The notes under the pieces: model-generated
Told to the model about the DNA's origin: nothing
The model's database searches: none
The model's input: the letters and a program-made list of their open reading frames with translations, nothing else
Shown here: positions 30,198-38,433 of the stretch, piece by piece
Position numbering within the stretch: the first letter of the stretch is position 1
Layout of the letters: the number at the start of each line of letters is the position of its first letter
Position numbers and translations under genes: made by a program
DNA from: Gemmatimonadales bacterium
Lineage (GTDB): Bacteria > Gemmatimonadota > Gemmatimonadetes > Gemmatimonadales > GWC2-71-9
Length of the DNA: 64,000 bases
Direction of reading: 5' to 3'
Assembly: GCA_037189525.1 (NCBI GenBank)
Contig: JBBCJC010000003.1
Span: 256,001-320,000 of the forward strand

Positions 30198-31537
30198 GCC
30201 GAGCGGCACAGCGCGAACGCATCATCGTTCGCGGCAATGCGGGGCGCTTCAACCTGCTGTGGACGGTGGGGCTCGCCTTGGCGGTGGTCGGAGGGGCGCT
30301 CTTTGCGTTCTCTCTGTTCTCCGGCCAAAGCGAACGGGCCTGGCACCTCTTTCACGTCAACTGGGTCTACTTCACCGGTCTGACCGGCGGCAGCATGGCC
30401 CTGGTTGCTGCGAACAAACTGGCCAACGCCAAGTGGTCCGGTGTCATCGTACGTTTTTCCGCCGCGCACGTCTTCTTCTCGGTGGTCTCGCTGATCGGTC
30501 TGATCCTCATCTTCACGGTGGGATATCACTCGATCTACGGCCACATGTACGAACAGTTGCATTCGCTGCCGCACGCCAAGGCGGTCTGGTTGTCGAAACC
30601 GTTCATGTTCGGTCGGCTGCTGGTCGGGTTAACGGCGCTCTTCTGGGTCGGTTGGAAGATGATCCGCGCCGACATGGTGGGCGACATGTTCCTGGCGAGG
30701 AACACCGTCGGGGCCGATCGGAAGGCGCGCTACGAGGCGGCGACGCAGGGCTTCGACGGCTCGGAAGCCGCGATCGCCGAGCAGCGGGCGTCGACCAACC
30801 GGTTTGCCGCGATCTATGTCGTGCTGTACGCCCTCGTCTTCACGATGATCGGGTTCGACGGGATCCAGGCGCTGCAGCCGCATTGGTTCAGCAACCTGCT
30901 GGGCGGTTGGTACTTCATGGGCTCGTTCCTGGGCGCCCACACGGTGCTGGCGCTGCTGATGCAGCACTCGCGTCGTCACCTGGGGCTGGCGGATCTGGTC
31001 ACGCCCAAGCAGCGGCACGACCTGGGCAAGATGATTTTCGGCTTCACGATCTTCTGGGCCTACCTGATGTGGTCGCAGTTCCTGGTCATCTGGTACGGCA
31101 ACATTCCGGAAGAGACCGGTTTCGTCTTCCAGCGCCTCTGGGGCGAGTGGATGCCGGTAGCCCGGATCGTCTTCATCGGCATGTTCCTGCTGCCGTTCTG
31201 GGGCCTCCTGTTCATTGCCGCGAAGAAGTCGCCGCTCGTCCTCGGCCTGTTTGCCCTGGTGAGCGTGGTGTCACTCTGGATCGAGCGCTACCTGCTGGTG
31301 CTCCCGTCGATCACGGCCGGCAGCGGCCCGCTCTTCGGGCTGCCGGAGCTCGGACCCACACTGCTCCTGCTCGGCCTCTTCCTGTTCTGCTACGCGCTGT
31401 TTGGCCGGACCTATCCCATGGTCTCGCCCCGGCTTGCCGAGATTGCGGCCGACTACGAAGCGCTGCACGGCGGACACGGCGCGGATCACGGTCACGAAGA
31501 CGCTGGCCTCGAGCATCCCAAGGGCGCACACGCTTAA
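30194..31537 (+). CDS. actF: Alternative complex III membrane subunit ActF
   Basis: About 10 TM; PHWFS, HDLGKMIFGFTIFWAYLMWSQFLVIWYGNIPEE. Confidence 0.9.
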   Translation: MSRAAQRERIIVRGNAGRFNLLWTVGLALAVVGGALFAFSLFSGQSERAWHLFHVNWVYFTGLTGGSMALVAANKLANAKWSGVIVRFSAAHVFFSVVSLIGLILIFTVGYHSIYGHMYEQLHSLPHAKAVWLSKPFMFGRLLVGLTALFWVGWKMIRADMVGDMFLARNTVGADRKARYEAATQGFDGSEAAIAEQRASTNRFAAIYVVLYALVFTMIGFDGIQALQPHWFSNLLGGWYFMGSFLGAHTVLALLMQHSRRHLGLADLVTPKQRHDLGKMIFGFTIFWAYLMWSQFLVIWYGNIPEETGFVFQRLWGEWMPVARIVFIGMFLLPFWGLLFIAAKKSPLVLGLFALVSVVSLWIERYLLVLPSITAGSGPLFGLPELGPTLLLLGLFLFCYALFGRTYPMVSPRLAEIAADYEALHGGHGADHGHEDAGLEHPKGAHA

Positions 31538-31559
31538 CGCCGCTCAAATCGCATGACAT

Positions 31560-31594
31560 CAGAAGGCCCACCCGATCGCAGGGTGGGCCTTCTG
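31560..31594 (+). terminator. Rho-independent terminator of the act operon
   Basis: 14-bp stem CAGAAGGCCCACCC / GGGTGGGCCTTCTG followed by CTTT. Confidence 0.8.
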
Positions 31595-31615
31595 CTTTGG
31601 GGCCGGCGAATTCGC

Positions 31616-31672
31616 CCTACTCTTGACAGTCGAGAGAAGGCGGGTGATCCTACTCTCGACGGTCGAGAGAAG
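31616..31672. promoter_or_regulatory. Two 24-bp direct repeats with internal palindromes (candidate PadR operators/promoter)
   Basis: CCTACTCTTGACAGTCGAGAGAAG (31616-31639) and CCTACTCTCGACGGTCGAGAGAAG (31649-31672); the first contains TTGACA. Confidence 0.7.
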
Positions 31673-31729
31673 TGGCAGGGGTGTCCTGAATGGGCCGGAC
31701 CCGGATGGATCGGCACAGCGGAGGCAGCG

Positions 31730-32074
31730 ATGGTGGAAAAGCGCGGCGATCTCCTCCAGGGCACTCTGGAACTCCTGATTCTCAAAACGCTCTCCGTCGA
31801 GCTGCTCCACGGATGGGGCATCACCCAGCGGATCGAGTTGCTCTCCCGCCAGATCCTGCAGGTCAATCAGGGCTCGCTCTATCCGGCGCTGGAGCGTCTG
31901 GGTCGGCGGGGCTGGATCCGGTCGGAATGGCGCATCACCGAAAACAACCGTCGGGCACGCTTCTATGAGCTGACCGCCGATGGCTGGCGGCAATTGGCGG
32001 AGCAGCAGGAGGGCTGGGAACGATCCTCCCAGGCGGTCAACTGGATCCTCGCCTGGTCGGGAGACGCGCCATGA
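31730..32074 (+). CDS. PadR family transcriptional regulator (acidobacterial type)
   Basis: DLLQGTLELLILKTL, HGWGI, QGSLYPAL, ENNRRARFYELT. Confidence 0.93.
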   Translation: MVEKRGDLLQGTLELLILKTLSVELLHGWGITQRIELLSRQILQVNQGSLYPALERLGRRGWIRSEWRITENNRRARFYELTADGWRQLAEQQEGWERSSQAVNWILAWSGDAP

Positions 32075-32156
32075 TTCGGGTCATACAAGGTGCGCACGAC
32101 CCATCCTGTCACGACGACCGCGCAGCGCGATCGGCGGAGCACGGAGCGACCATCCC

Positions 32157-34850
32157 ATGAGTGTCTGGACCGAGATCCGAGCCCGCTGGCGGGCGCTCCG
32201 CCACGGTGCCGAGGCCGACGGTGAGACCGCCGAGGAGATTGGCTTCCATCTGGAGATGGAGGAGCGGAAGTATCGCGAGCGCGGTTACGGTGCGGAGGAA
32301 GCTCGCCGGCTCGCCCGGGTGGCGTTCGGCGGGGTGACCCAGACCCGCGAGCAGGTGCGCGCCGCGCGTGGCGTAACGCTGCTCCACGATCTGGCGCGCG
32401 ACACGCGTCAAGCCTTCCGCCAGCTCCGGATGGCGCCGGGGTTCACCGTGGTTGCCGTTGCCACGCTCGGGCTGGGCATCGGCGCCAATACGGCCGTCTT
32501 CAGCGTGTTGAACGCGGTGCTCCTCCGCCCGATGCCCTTCGCGGAGCCGGACCGGCTCGTGATGGTGTGGGAGACCGATCGGCGGAGTGAGACCACGCGG
32601 GAGCCCGCGGCCTGGCCCGACTATCTCGACTTCCGCGCCGCGCTCACGAGCACCTTTGCCGACCTGGCGGCGATGACGGGCCGAGCGGTGAGCCACACTC
32701 CGGTCGGTGCGGAGCCGGCACGGTTGCGTGGCCTGGCGGTGACGGCCAGCCTGTTCGACGTACTCGGCGTCCGGCCGATTGCCGGCAGGCTCTTCGCACC
32801 TGGCGAGGCCGAGCCAGGTGGCCCGCGCGTCGTAGTGCTCGGCGAGCGGTTCTGGCGTGCCCGGCTGGCGGGAGACCCGGCCGTGATTGGTGCTCCCATC
32901 TTACTCGACGACGAGCCATATACGGTGATCGGCGTCGCCCCCGACGATGCCAGTGTCGGGATCGATCAGATCCACGGGCGAGCCGCCTATCACTCGACCT
33001 ATCAGCGCGGTGGAGCCGTCGAAGTGTGGCTGCCGCTCCAGGCGAGCGCAGCGGCCTTTCCGCGTTCGACCCATCCGTTCCTCTTGCTCGGCCGCCTGCA
33101 GCCGGGAATGGGACTCACCGCTGCGCAGGAGGCGGCTGCGGCCGTGGCGCTGGATCTCGAACGCCGGTATCCCGTCAACGTGGATCGCGGCGTGTTCATC
33201 GAGCCGCTCGAGCGTGTAGTACTCGGCCCTATCGAGCCCATCGTGTGGCTGCTGGTCGGAGCGGTGGCGCTGGTACTCACGGTTGCGTGCGTCAATGTCG
33301 CCAACCTGCTGCTCGCGCGCGGCACGGTGCGGACCCGCGAGGTCGCTGTCCGTGGCGCGCTCGGCGCCGGGCTCGGGAGGCTCGGCCGGCAATTCGCGGT
33401 CGAGGCCGTCGTGCTGGCGCTCGCGGGTACGGCCGTCGGGCTCGTTCTGGCGTATGGAGGCGTTGCTGCCCTCGTTACGCTAGCGCCCGCCGATGTGCCG
33501 AGACTCGACCAGGTGCGCATCGACGGACGGGTTCTGGGCGTCTCGATTGCCGTGGCAATCGGGGTCGGCCTCATCTTCGGCTTGGTGCCGACGCTCCAGG
33601 CGTTCCGGCTCGACCTGCTGGCCACGCTTCGCGGCGACACGCCCGGAGGCGGTACCCGGCGTACCGGCAACCTGGTCCGTAGCGGCCTGGTGGCGGCGGA
33701 ATTGGCGTTTGCAGTCGTGCTGCTGGTCGGGGCAGGGCTGCTCGTGCGCAGCTTCCAGACCGTGTTGCGGGTCGATCCCGGCTTCCGCGCCGATGGGGTA
33801 CTCAAGGCCGAGTTCGATCTCCCGCCGAGCCGGTATCCGAGAGAATGGACGCGGGTGCCGGACTCGCCGACCATGCGGGCGTTTCACGCGAGCCTGCTTG
33901 AGCGGGCCCGCGCCTTACCGGGCGTCGTCGCGGCATCGATCGCGATGGCGCATCCGCTCGACCGGAGCTTCTCCAACGGCTTTGTCGTCGTCGGCCGCGA
34001 GGGGGAAGCGGAAGATTGGCCCGAGATCGCAACCCGAGTGGTCTCGGATGGCTACTTCGCGACGGTGGGCGTCGGGTTGCGCACCGGGCGGCTCCTCGGC
34101 GCGGCCGACGATGCAGTCGCCCCGCCGGTCGTGCTCATCAACCGGGCAGCGGCGGACCGGTTCTTCTCCGGGCATGACCCGCTAGGTCAGCAGGTCCGGT
34201 TCTGGGGCGCGGCCCGGCGGATCGTCGGCGTCGTCGAGAACGAGCGTATCTTCGGACTCACCGAAACGCCGCCGCCCGCGCTCTATCTGCCGTTGGAACA
34301 ATCGGTCCCCAATACCGGCGTGCTCCTGATCCGGACCGATCGGCCCGCGCACCGGCTCGCCAACCCGGTGCGCCAGGCCGTCTGGAGCATCGATCCCGCG
34401 CTCCCGGTCTTCGGAGTCGAACCCCTGATCGAGACCCTGGCCGACTCCATGGCCGAGCGGCGCTTTGCCATGACGGTGCTCGGGGTGTTTGCGGGGCTGG
34501 CGCTGGTGCTCGCGCTGGTGGGCATCTATGGCGTGGTGAGCTACACCACGGCGCAGCGCACCCGGGAACTCGGCATTCGCTCCGCGCTCGGCGCGAGCCG
34601 CACCGAGCTGATGCAGCTCGTCCTTCGGCATGAGTTCCGCATTGCCTTGGTCGGGGTGGTCGTCGGCGGGGTCGGTGCGCTCGCGGCGACCCGCCTCATG
34701 GCGGGGCTCCTCTTCGGAGTCGGATCGACCGATCTCCTCACCTATGTGGCGGCTGTGGTTCTCGTATTGCTGGCCGCGCTCGGTGCGGCGTGGCTTCCGG
34801 CGCGGAGGGCGGCTCGGGTCGCCCCGGTCGATGCGTTGCTGGCGGACTGA
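32157..34850 (+). CDS. ADOP-type duplicated MacB/FtsX ABC permease
   Basis: EEIGFHLEME, APGFTVVAVATLGLGIGANTAVFS, ACVNVANLLLAR, RTRELGIRSALGA, ARRAARVAPVDAL; no adjacent ATPase. Confidence 0.92.
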   Translation: MSVWTEIRARWRALRHGAEADGETAEEIGFHLEMEERKYRERGYGAEEARRLARVAFGGVTQTREQVRAARGVTLLHDLARDTRQAFRQLRMAPGFTVVAVATLGLGIGANTAVFSVLNAVLLRPMPFAEPDRLVMVWETDRRSETTREPAAWPDYLDFRAALTSTFADLAAMTGRAVSHTPVGAEPARLRGLAVTASLFDVLGVRPIAGRLFAPGEAEPGGPRVVVLGERFWRARLAGDPAVIGAPILLDDEPYTVIGVAPDDASVGIDQIHGRAAYHSTYQRGGAVEVWLPLQASAAAFPRSTHPFLLLGRLQPGMGLTAAQEAAAAVALDLERRYPVNVDRGVFIEPLERVVLGPIEPIVWLLVGAVALVLTVACVNVANLLLARGTVRTREVAVRGALGAGLGRLGRQFAVEAVVLALAGTAVGLVLAYGGVAALVTLAPADVPRLDQVRIDGRVLGVSIAVAIGVGLIFGLVPTLQAFRLDLLATLRGDTPGGGTRRTGNLVRSGLVAAELAFAVVLLVGAGLLVRSFQTVLRVDPGFRADGVLKAEFDLPPSRYPREWTRVPDSPTMRAFHASLLERARALPGVVAASIAMAHPLDRSFSNGFVVVGREGEAEDWPEIATRVVSDGYFATVGVGLRTGRLLGAADDAVAPPVVLINRAAADRFFSGHDPLGQQVRFWGAARRIVGVVENERIFGLTETPPPALYLPLEQSVPNTGVLLIRTDRPAHRLANPVRQAVWSIDPALPVFGVEPLIETLADSMAERRFAMTVLGVFAGLALVLALVGIYGVVSYTTAQRTRELGIRSALGASRTELMQLVLRHEFRIALVGVVVGGVGALAATRLMAGLLFGVGSTDLLTYVAAVVLVLLAALGAAWLPARRAARVAPVDALLAD

Positions 34851-35057
34851 GACGCGGTGCCGCGCCAGGTGTGTATCAGGCAGCGCGGAGAGAACACCGG
34901 ATTGCCGGACAGACGTACGCCGGGACCACCGGGAAGGTCCTCCACGGCGAGCAGGAGGTCCTGGTCGAGGACATGAGTCGGAAGGCTGGTAATCTCGACT
35001 GAGGCGCGCGTCGAGACCGCTGTGCCATTATGCCCAGGTGGCACCCGGAGAACGACA

Positions 35058-35089
35058 AAGGCCGATCCGTCTCGAGACGGATCGGCCTT
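35058..35089. terminator. Perfect 32-bp palindrome/terminator hairpin downstream of the anti-sigma gene
   Basis: AAGGCCGATCCGTCTC-GAGACGGATCGGCCTT. Confidence 0.75.
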
Positions 35090-35111
35090 GTGAGAGATCG
35101 CGCGAGGATGA

Positions 35112-36140
35112 CTATTCGCGAACGTCGATGGCGCGCGCCATGGCGTTGAGCGAATCGGCCGGGAAGTTGGCGATGACGCTCAGGATCCGGAGCCGCCGCG
35201 GGGTTCCGGCGCCGCTGCTGACGTAATCGGGCGGCGTCAGCGCGGGGGTGCTGGCGCGAACCTGGCCCGGCGTCCGCGCGGCGTAGCGCTCGAGCAGCTG
35301 CTCGACCCGTTCGATCGGGCCCTCGACCGTGCGGATCAACCGGCCGGACGGATGCTGCTGGACGACGACTACGATCGGGCGCTCTTCGCCGCCGATCTGC
35401 TGCAGTTGGATATCCAGAATCGGGAGTCCGCTGATACGGGGCATGTTGCCGCCGGTCTCCGCCCGCGCCTGCTGCCAGTCGACCGACTGCCAGAGGCCTT
35501 CAAACCCGACGCTCTCTTCATCCGGGACCACCGCACTGACTTGGACCACCGGGGTGGCGGCCTGGGGCCGGATCGGGGCGGTGCGCAACGTCCGCGCCTC
35601 CTCACGAACCAGGGGGATCCGATCACCGGTGGGCTCGACGGCCGACGAGTTGTCGACCACGACCGATCCGGTCGAGTCATCGGCCACCAGGGCGACGGGA
35701 CCCGCCGCAACCAGCGTCCGACCCACCGTTTCAGCCGAAGGCTCCGCAACTGCGACCGTCGCAGGAGCAGCTGAGCCGGCCGGTCCGCCGCCCTGCATCC
35801 ACCAGCCCAACCCGACCGCGCCGACCAGGCCGGCCGCGATCAGCCCGACCCGACGCACCCGGCCGATCAGCGCCCGGCGGCGGGCCTGATGCTTCGCGAC
35901 GATCCGCTCATACGAAGGAATCGGGGTGACCCGACGCGGGGCCGTATCCGCCAGGAGGGCGGTGATCCGGTCCCGAACTGCCGCAACGTCATCACGCAGG
36001 TGCCGGCACTGCCGGCACTCCGCCAGATGACATTCGATTTCGACGCACTGCGAACGGCTCAGCGCCTGATCCAGATAGGCGTGGAGCTCGTCCTCAGGAA
36101 TGTGCCGCGGCGCGCCGTCGATCGTGATCCATCCCGTCAT
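35112..36140 (-). CDS. zf-HC2 (ZAS) membrane anti-sigma factor
   Basis: HIPEDELHAYLD...ECHLAECRQC, TM VGLIAAGLVGAVGLGWW; start at MTGWIT overlapping the sigma gene. Confidence 0.87.
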   Translation of the reverse strand: MTGWITIDGAPRHIPEDELHAYLDQALSRSQCVEIECHLAECRQCRHLRDDVAAVRDRITALLADTAPRRVTPIPSYERIVAKHQARRRALIGRVRRVGLIAAGLVGAVGLGWWMQGGGPAGSAAPATVAVAEPSAETVGRTLVAAGPVALVADDSTGSVVVDNSSAVEPTGDRIPLVREEARTLRTAPIRPQAATPVVQVSAVVPDEESVGFEGLWQSVDWQQARAETGGNMPRISGLPILDIQLQQIGGEERPIVVVVQQHPSGRLIRTVEGPIERVEQLLERYAARTPGQVRASTPALTPPDYVSSGAGTPRRLRILSVIANFPADSLNAMARAIDVRE

Positions 36141-36612
36141 ATGCGTCCAGGAGTCGTTTGCGGGCTCTTGCCAACGTGGTGCCGATTGCACCGACGGCGA
36201 GCCCGGTTTGCTCTGCAATCTCCGGATAGCTGAGTCCCGCGTCCCACAGCAACAGGACCTCCCGGTCCCGCTCCGACAACGTGGCCAGGGCCTCGTTGAC
36301 CAGCGCCTTCCGTTCGTCGTACTCGACCGCCTCATCCGCCGTCCGCTCCGGCGTGGACATCGGCAGGGGGTCGTTGGTGAGCAGCATCAGATGCTTCTTC
36401 CGACGGACCGCCGCGCGCGCTTCGTCACGAGCCAGATTGGCGGCAACGGCAAAGACCCACGCCCTCGGCTTCTCCGGCTGATGCGACATCGCGCGGATGA
36501 AGACTTCCTGGGCAAGATCTTCCGCGCGGTCCGCATCCCAGACCTTCCGGTACAGGAAACGAACAACGGCGGTGTACGTCGATTTATAGAGGCGCTCCAG
36601 ATCGTCGGTCAT
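36094..36612 (-). CDS. ECF RNA polymerase sigma factor
   Basis: RAEDLAQEVF, RAWVFAVAANLARD (region 2); LSERDREVLLL..GLSYPEIA..IGTTLARARKRL (region 4). Confidence 0.93.
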   Translation of the reverse strand: MTDDLERLYKSTYTAVVRFLYRKVWDADRAEDLAQEVFIRAMSHQPEKPRAWVFAVAANLARDEARAAVRRKKHLMLLTNDPLPMSTPERTADEAVEYDERKALVNEALATLSERDREVLLLWDAGLSYPEIAEQTGLAVGAIGTTLARARKRLLDAYDGMDHDRRRAAAHS

Positions 36613-36864
36613 AGGACCTTCTCCTGTGCGTGTCTCCGACAAGGTAATGCGATTACGTGAATGGTAGACGCCTGCCCGGCGCGTCCTTGCACACCAACAC
36701 CTAAACTGTTGTACCAGCGCGGTTTACGGTACGTCGCTTCGTTCGAGCTTTACATGAAGTCGCAAGACCTGAAACTGATATCAACTTGCGACGTAATTGC
36801 CTGGTGCAAAAGTATTTATGTGAAGCAATGTAATGTAATTTCTAGAAAGAATGTGTAAATGGTT

Positions 36865-37617
36865 CTAGAAAGCACACCCGGGATGCCGCGCCTCCTGGCC
36901 CTTGGGCCACTTGAAGCACAGGCCAGGCTTGGCGGGCCGGCCGTCCGGGCGGGTCCGACCGTGCAGGGTACAGAGAACCCCGCCCTCCTCGAGATATCCA
37001 CATGCCGAAATCATCTCGACCCCGAGCGAGTCGGGCGTCTCCCGGCTGACCTTACAGAGATATGGGCTCTTCCGGGTCCGCACCAGGTCTTCCAGATGCT
37101 GGTTCCGTTCGGTGCAGAGGATCTCGACCTGGAGGTCCCGACAGCAGGCGGCGCCTACGGTATGGTCGGAGGTCTGGCACCGGGCGGTCAGGCAAGGCGT
37201 TTTGGGTACGCTCAGGACCGCTAGCTGCCGCTTGGGCGGTGGCGGACCCTTCAGCGTCAGCGGCGTCGGCTGTCCGTTCTGAATGACGATGAAACGGTCG
37301 TTGCCCAACTGCCGAGGCTGTTTGACCTGGCGCGGTTGGGGCAGGGCTGCCCGATATCGGTGGGCGCCGCAGCGAATCTGGCCGTTGTCGATCTTCGCAT
37401 ACCGGCACGGGACATCCAACCGGACCCGAGCCCGCAGTTCGGTGCCGAACCGGAACAGCGACCCGAACTTGATCCGTTGGGTATGACCGTAGAGCCAGGT
37501 GGCCTCGGGGTCCATGGTACGAGCGGTCCGGGGGTTGTCGTCATCCGCAACCCGAAGTGTGACCGACAAGCCGAGGCAGTGGGCGCCGGCACGTTTACAT
37601 TGAGGGACGAGTGGCAT
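36865..37617 (-). CDS. Cys-rich protein with YkgJ-like (CxxCxxCC) cysteine-cluster pattern, apparently duplicated
   Basis: C-terminal half GAACCRDL...SACGYL...CTLHG...KPGLCFKWP; N-terminal half CKRAGAHC...PCRYA...RCGAH; start taken at MPLVPQC. Confidence 0.65.
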   Translation of the reverse strand: MPLVPQCKRAGAHCLGLSVTLRVADDDNPRTARTMDPEATWLYGHTQRIKFGSLFRFGTELRARVRLDVPCRYAKIDNGQIRCGAHRYRAALPQPRQVKQPRQLGNDRFIVIQNGQPTPLTLKGPPPPKRQLAVLSVPKTPCLTARCQTSDHTVGAACCRDLQVEILCTERNQHLEDLVRTRKSPYLCKVSRETPDSLGVEMISACGYLEEGGVLCTLHGRTRPDGRPAKPGLCFKWPKGQEARHPGCAF

Positions 37618-37633
37618 GGGGCGTAAACGTAGA

Positions 37634-37649
37634 CACTGGTAAACCAGTG
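37634..37649. promoter_or_regulatory. Palindromic operator candidate in the divergent promoter
   Basis: CACTGGT-AA-ACCAGTG, lying between minus-strand TTGCCA (37653-37648) and TACGTT (37631-37626). Confidence 0.55.
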
Positions 37650-37663
37650 GCAAGCGCTTATAT

Positions 37664-37681
37664 TTGTGAAGATTTTCACAA
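37664..37681. promoter_or_regulatory. Perfect Rex-type operator upstream of the cupredoxin gene
   Basis: TTGTGAA-GATT-TTCACAA matches the Rex consensus exactly. Confidence 0.8.
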
Positions 37682-37763
37682 ACAAACAACGGGCCGTTGT
37701 CGGGGCCGGCGCCGTTGAGCGATTCAACGAGCCCACGAGATGACTTCGGAAGGGGATCTGGAA

Positions 37764-38240
37764 ATGCGTACGATCGGGTGGTTGGTTGGTGCGTCGTTGT
37801 TACTGACGGCCTGTGGCGGTGGCGACAAGGCGCCTGCAGCTAATGCGGCCCCGGCGACGGATGCTCCGGCGACCCCTGCGCCGGTGGCAGGTGCGAACGG
37901 TACGACGCACAACGTGAACATGGTGCTCGAAGGCGCGGACTACAAGTTCGTTCCCGCCGAACTCACCATCAAGGCGGGCGATCGCGTTGTTTTCCACAAC
38001 GTGAGCGGCGGCCCGCACAACGTGCAGTTCTGGGGTGACAGCGTGCCGGCCGAGTCTCGCGCTGCGCTCGACGCCGCCATGCCGGGCGACAAGCTGGGCG
38101 AGCTCAATGGCCCGCTCATGACCGCGCCGAACGAGACCTACGAGATCTCCTTCGCGGGTTTGGTGGCGGGTGAGTACCGGTTTACCTGCACGCCGCACAT
38201 CGCCAACAACATGAACGGCAAGATCACCATCCAGCCGTAA
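37764..38240 (+). CDS. Plastocyanin/auracyanin-like blue copper lipoprotein
   Basis: LLTAC lipobox, Ala/Pro-rich tether, type-1 Cu ligands PHNV and CTPHIANNM. Confidence 0.92.
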   Translation: MRTIGWLVGASLLLTACGGGDKAPAANAAPATDAPATPAPVAGANGTTHNVNMVLEGADYKFVPAELTIKAGDRVVFHNVSGGPHNVQFWGDSVPAESRAALDAAMPGDKLGELNGPLMTAPNETYEISFAGLVAGEYRFTCTPHIANNMNGKITIQP

Positions 38241-38267
38241 GGCTTGGTGGGTAGCAGTGCGATGGAC

Positions 38268-38296
38268 CAAAGGCCCCGCCGAACGCGGGGCCTTTG
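38268..38296. terminator. Terminator hairpin after the cupredoxin gene
   Basis: 12-bp stem CAAAGGCCCCGC / GCGGGGCCTTTG. Confidence 0.8.
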
Positions 38297-38320
38297 TCGT
38301 ATCGGGTAGGCTGCTCAGTC

Positions 38321-38400
38321 AGGTAGGCGATAGGTAAGTAGGCAAGTGGGCAAGTAGGTAAGTCGGTAGGCAGGTAGGCAGGTAGGCGAGCAGGCAGGCA
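38321..38400. repeat. Degenerate tandem octamer (paired tetramer) repeat, purine-rich on the + strand
   Basis: AAGTAGGC AAGTGGGC AAGTAGGT AAGTCGGT AGGCAGGT AGGCAGGT AGGCGAGC AGGCAGGC (38336-38399) plus AGGTAGGC at 38321. Confidence 0.85.
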
Positions 38401-38433
38401 CGCGTTCAGGTCGGCTGCTCAGGCCGCCTGTCG

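Noticed and set aside
31616..31672. Mini-CRISPR (two 24-bp repeats)
   Set aside because: Only two copies with a 9-bp gap, in promoter position before PadR
34851..35050. Short ORF or gene remnant after the ADOP permease (YAGTTGKVLHGEQEVLVEDMSRKAGNLD)
   Set aside because: No convincing start, RBS or family motif; cannot be supported without a search
38321..38400. CRISPR array or strong G-quadruplex
   Set aside because: Units are 4-8 bp with no spacers and no cas genes; G-runs are mostly only GG
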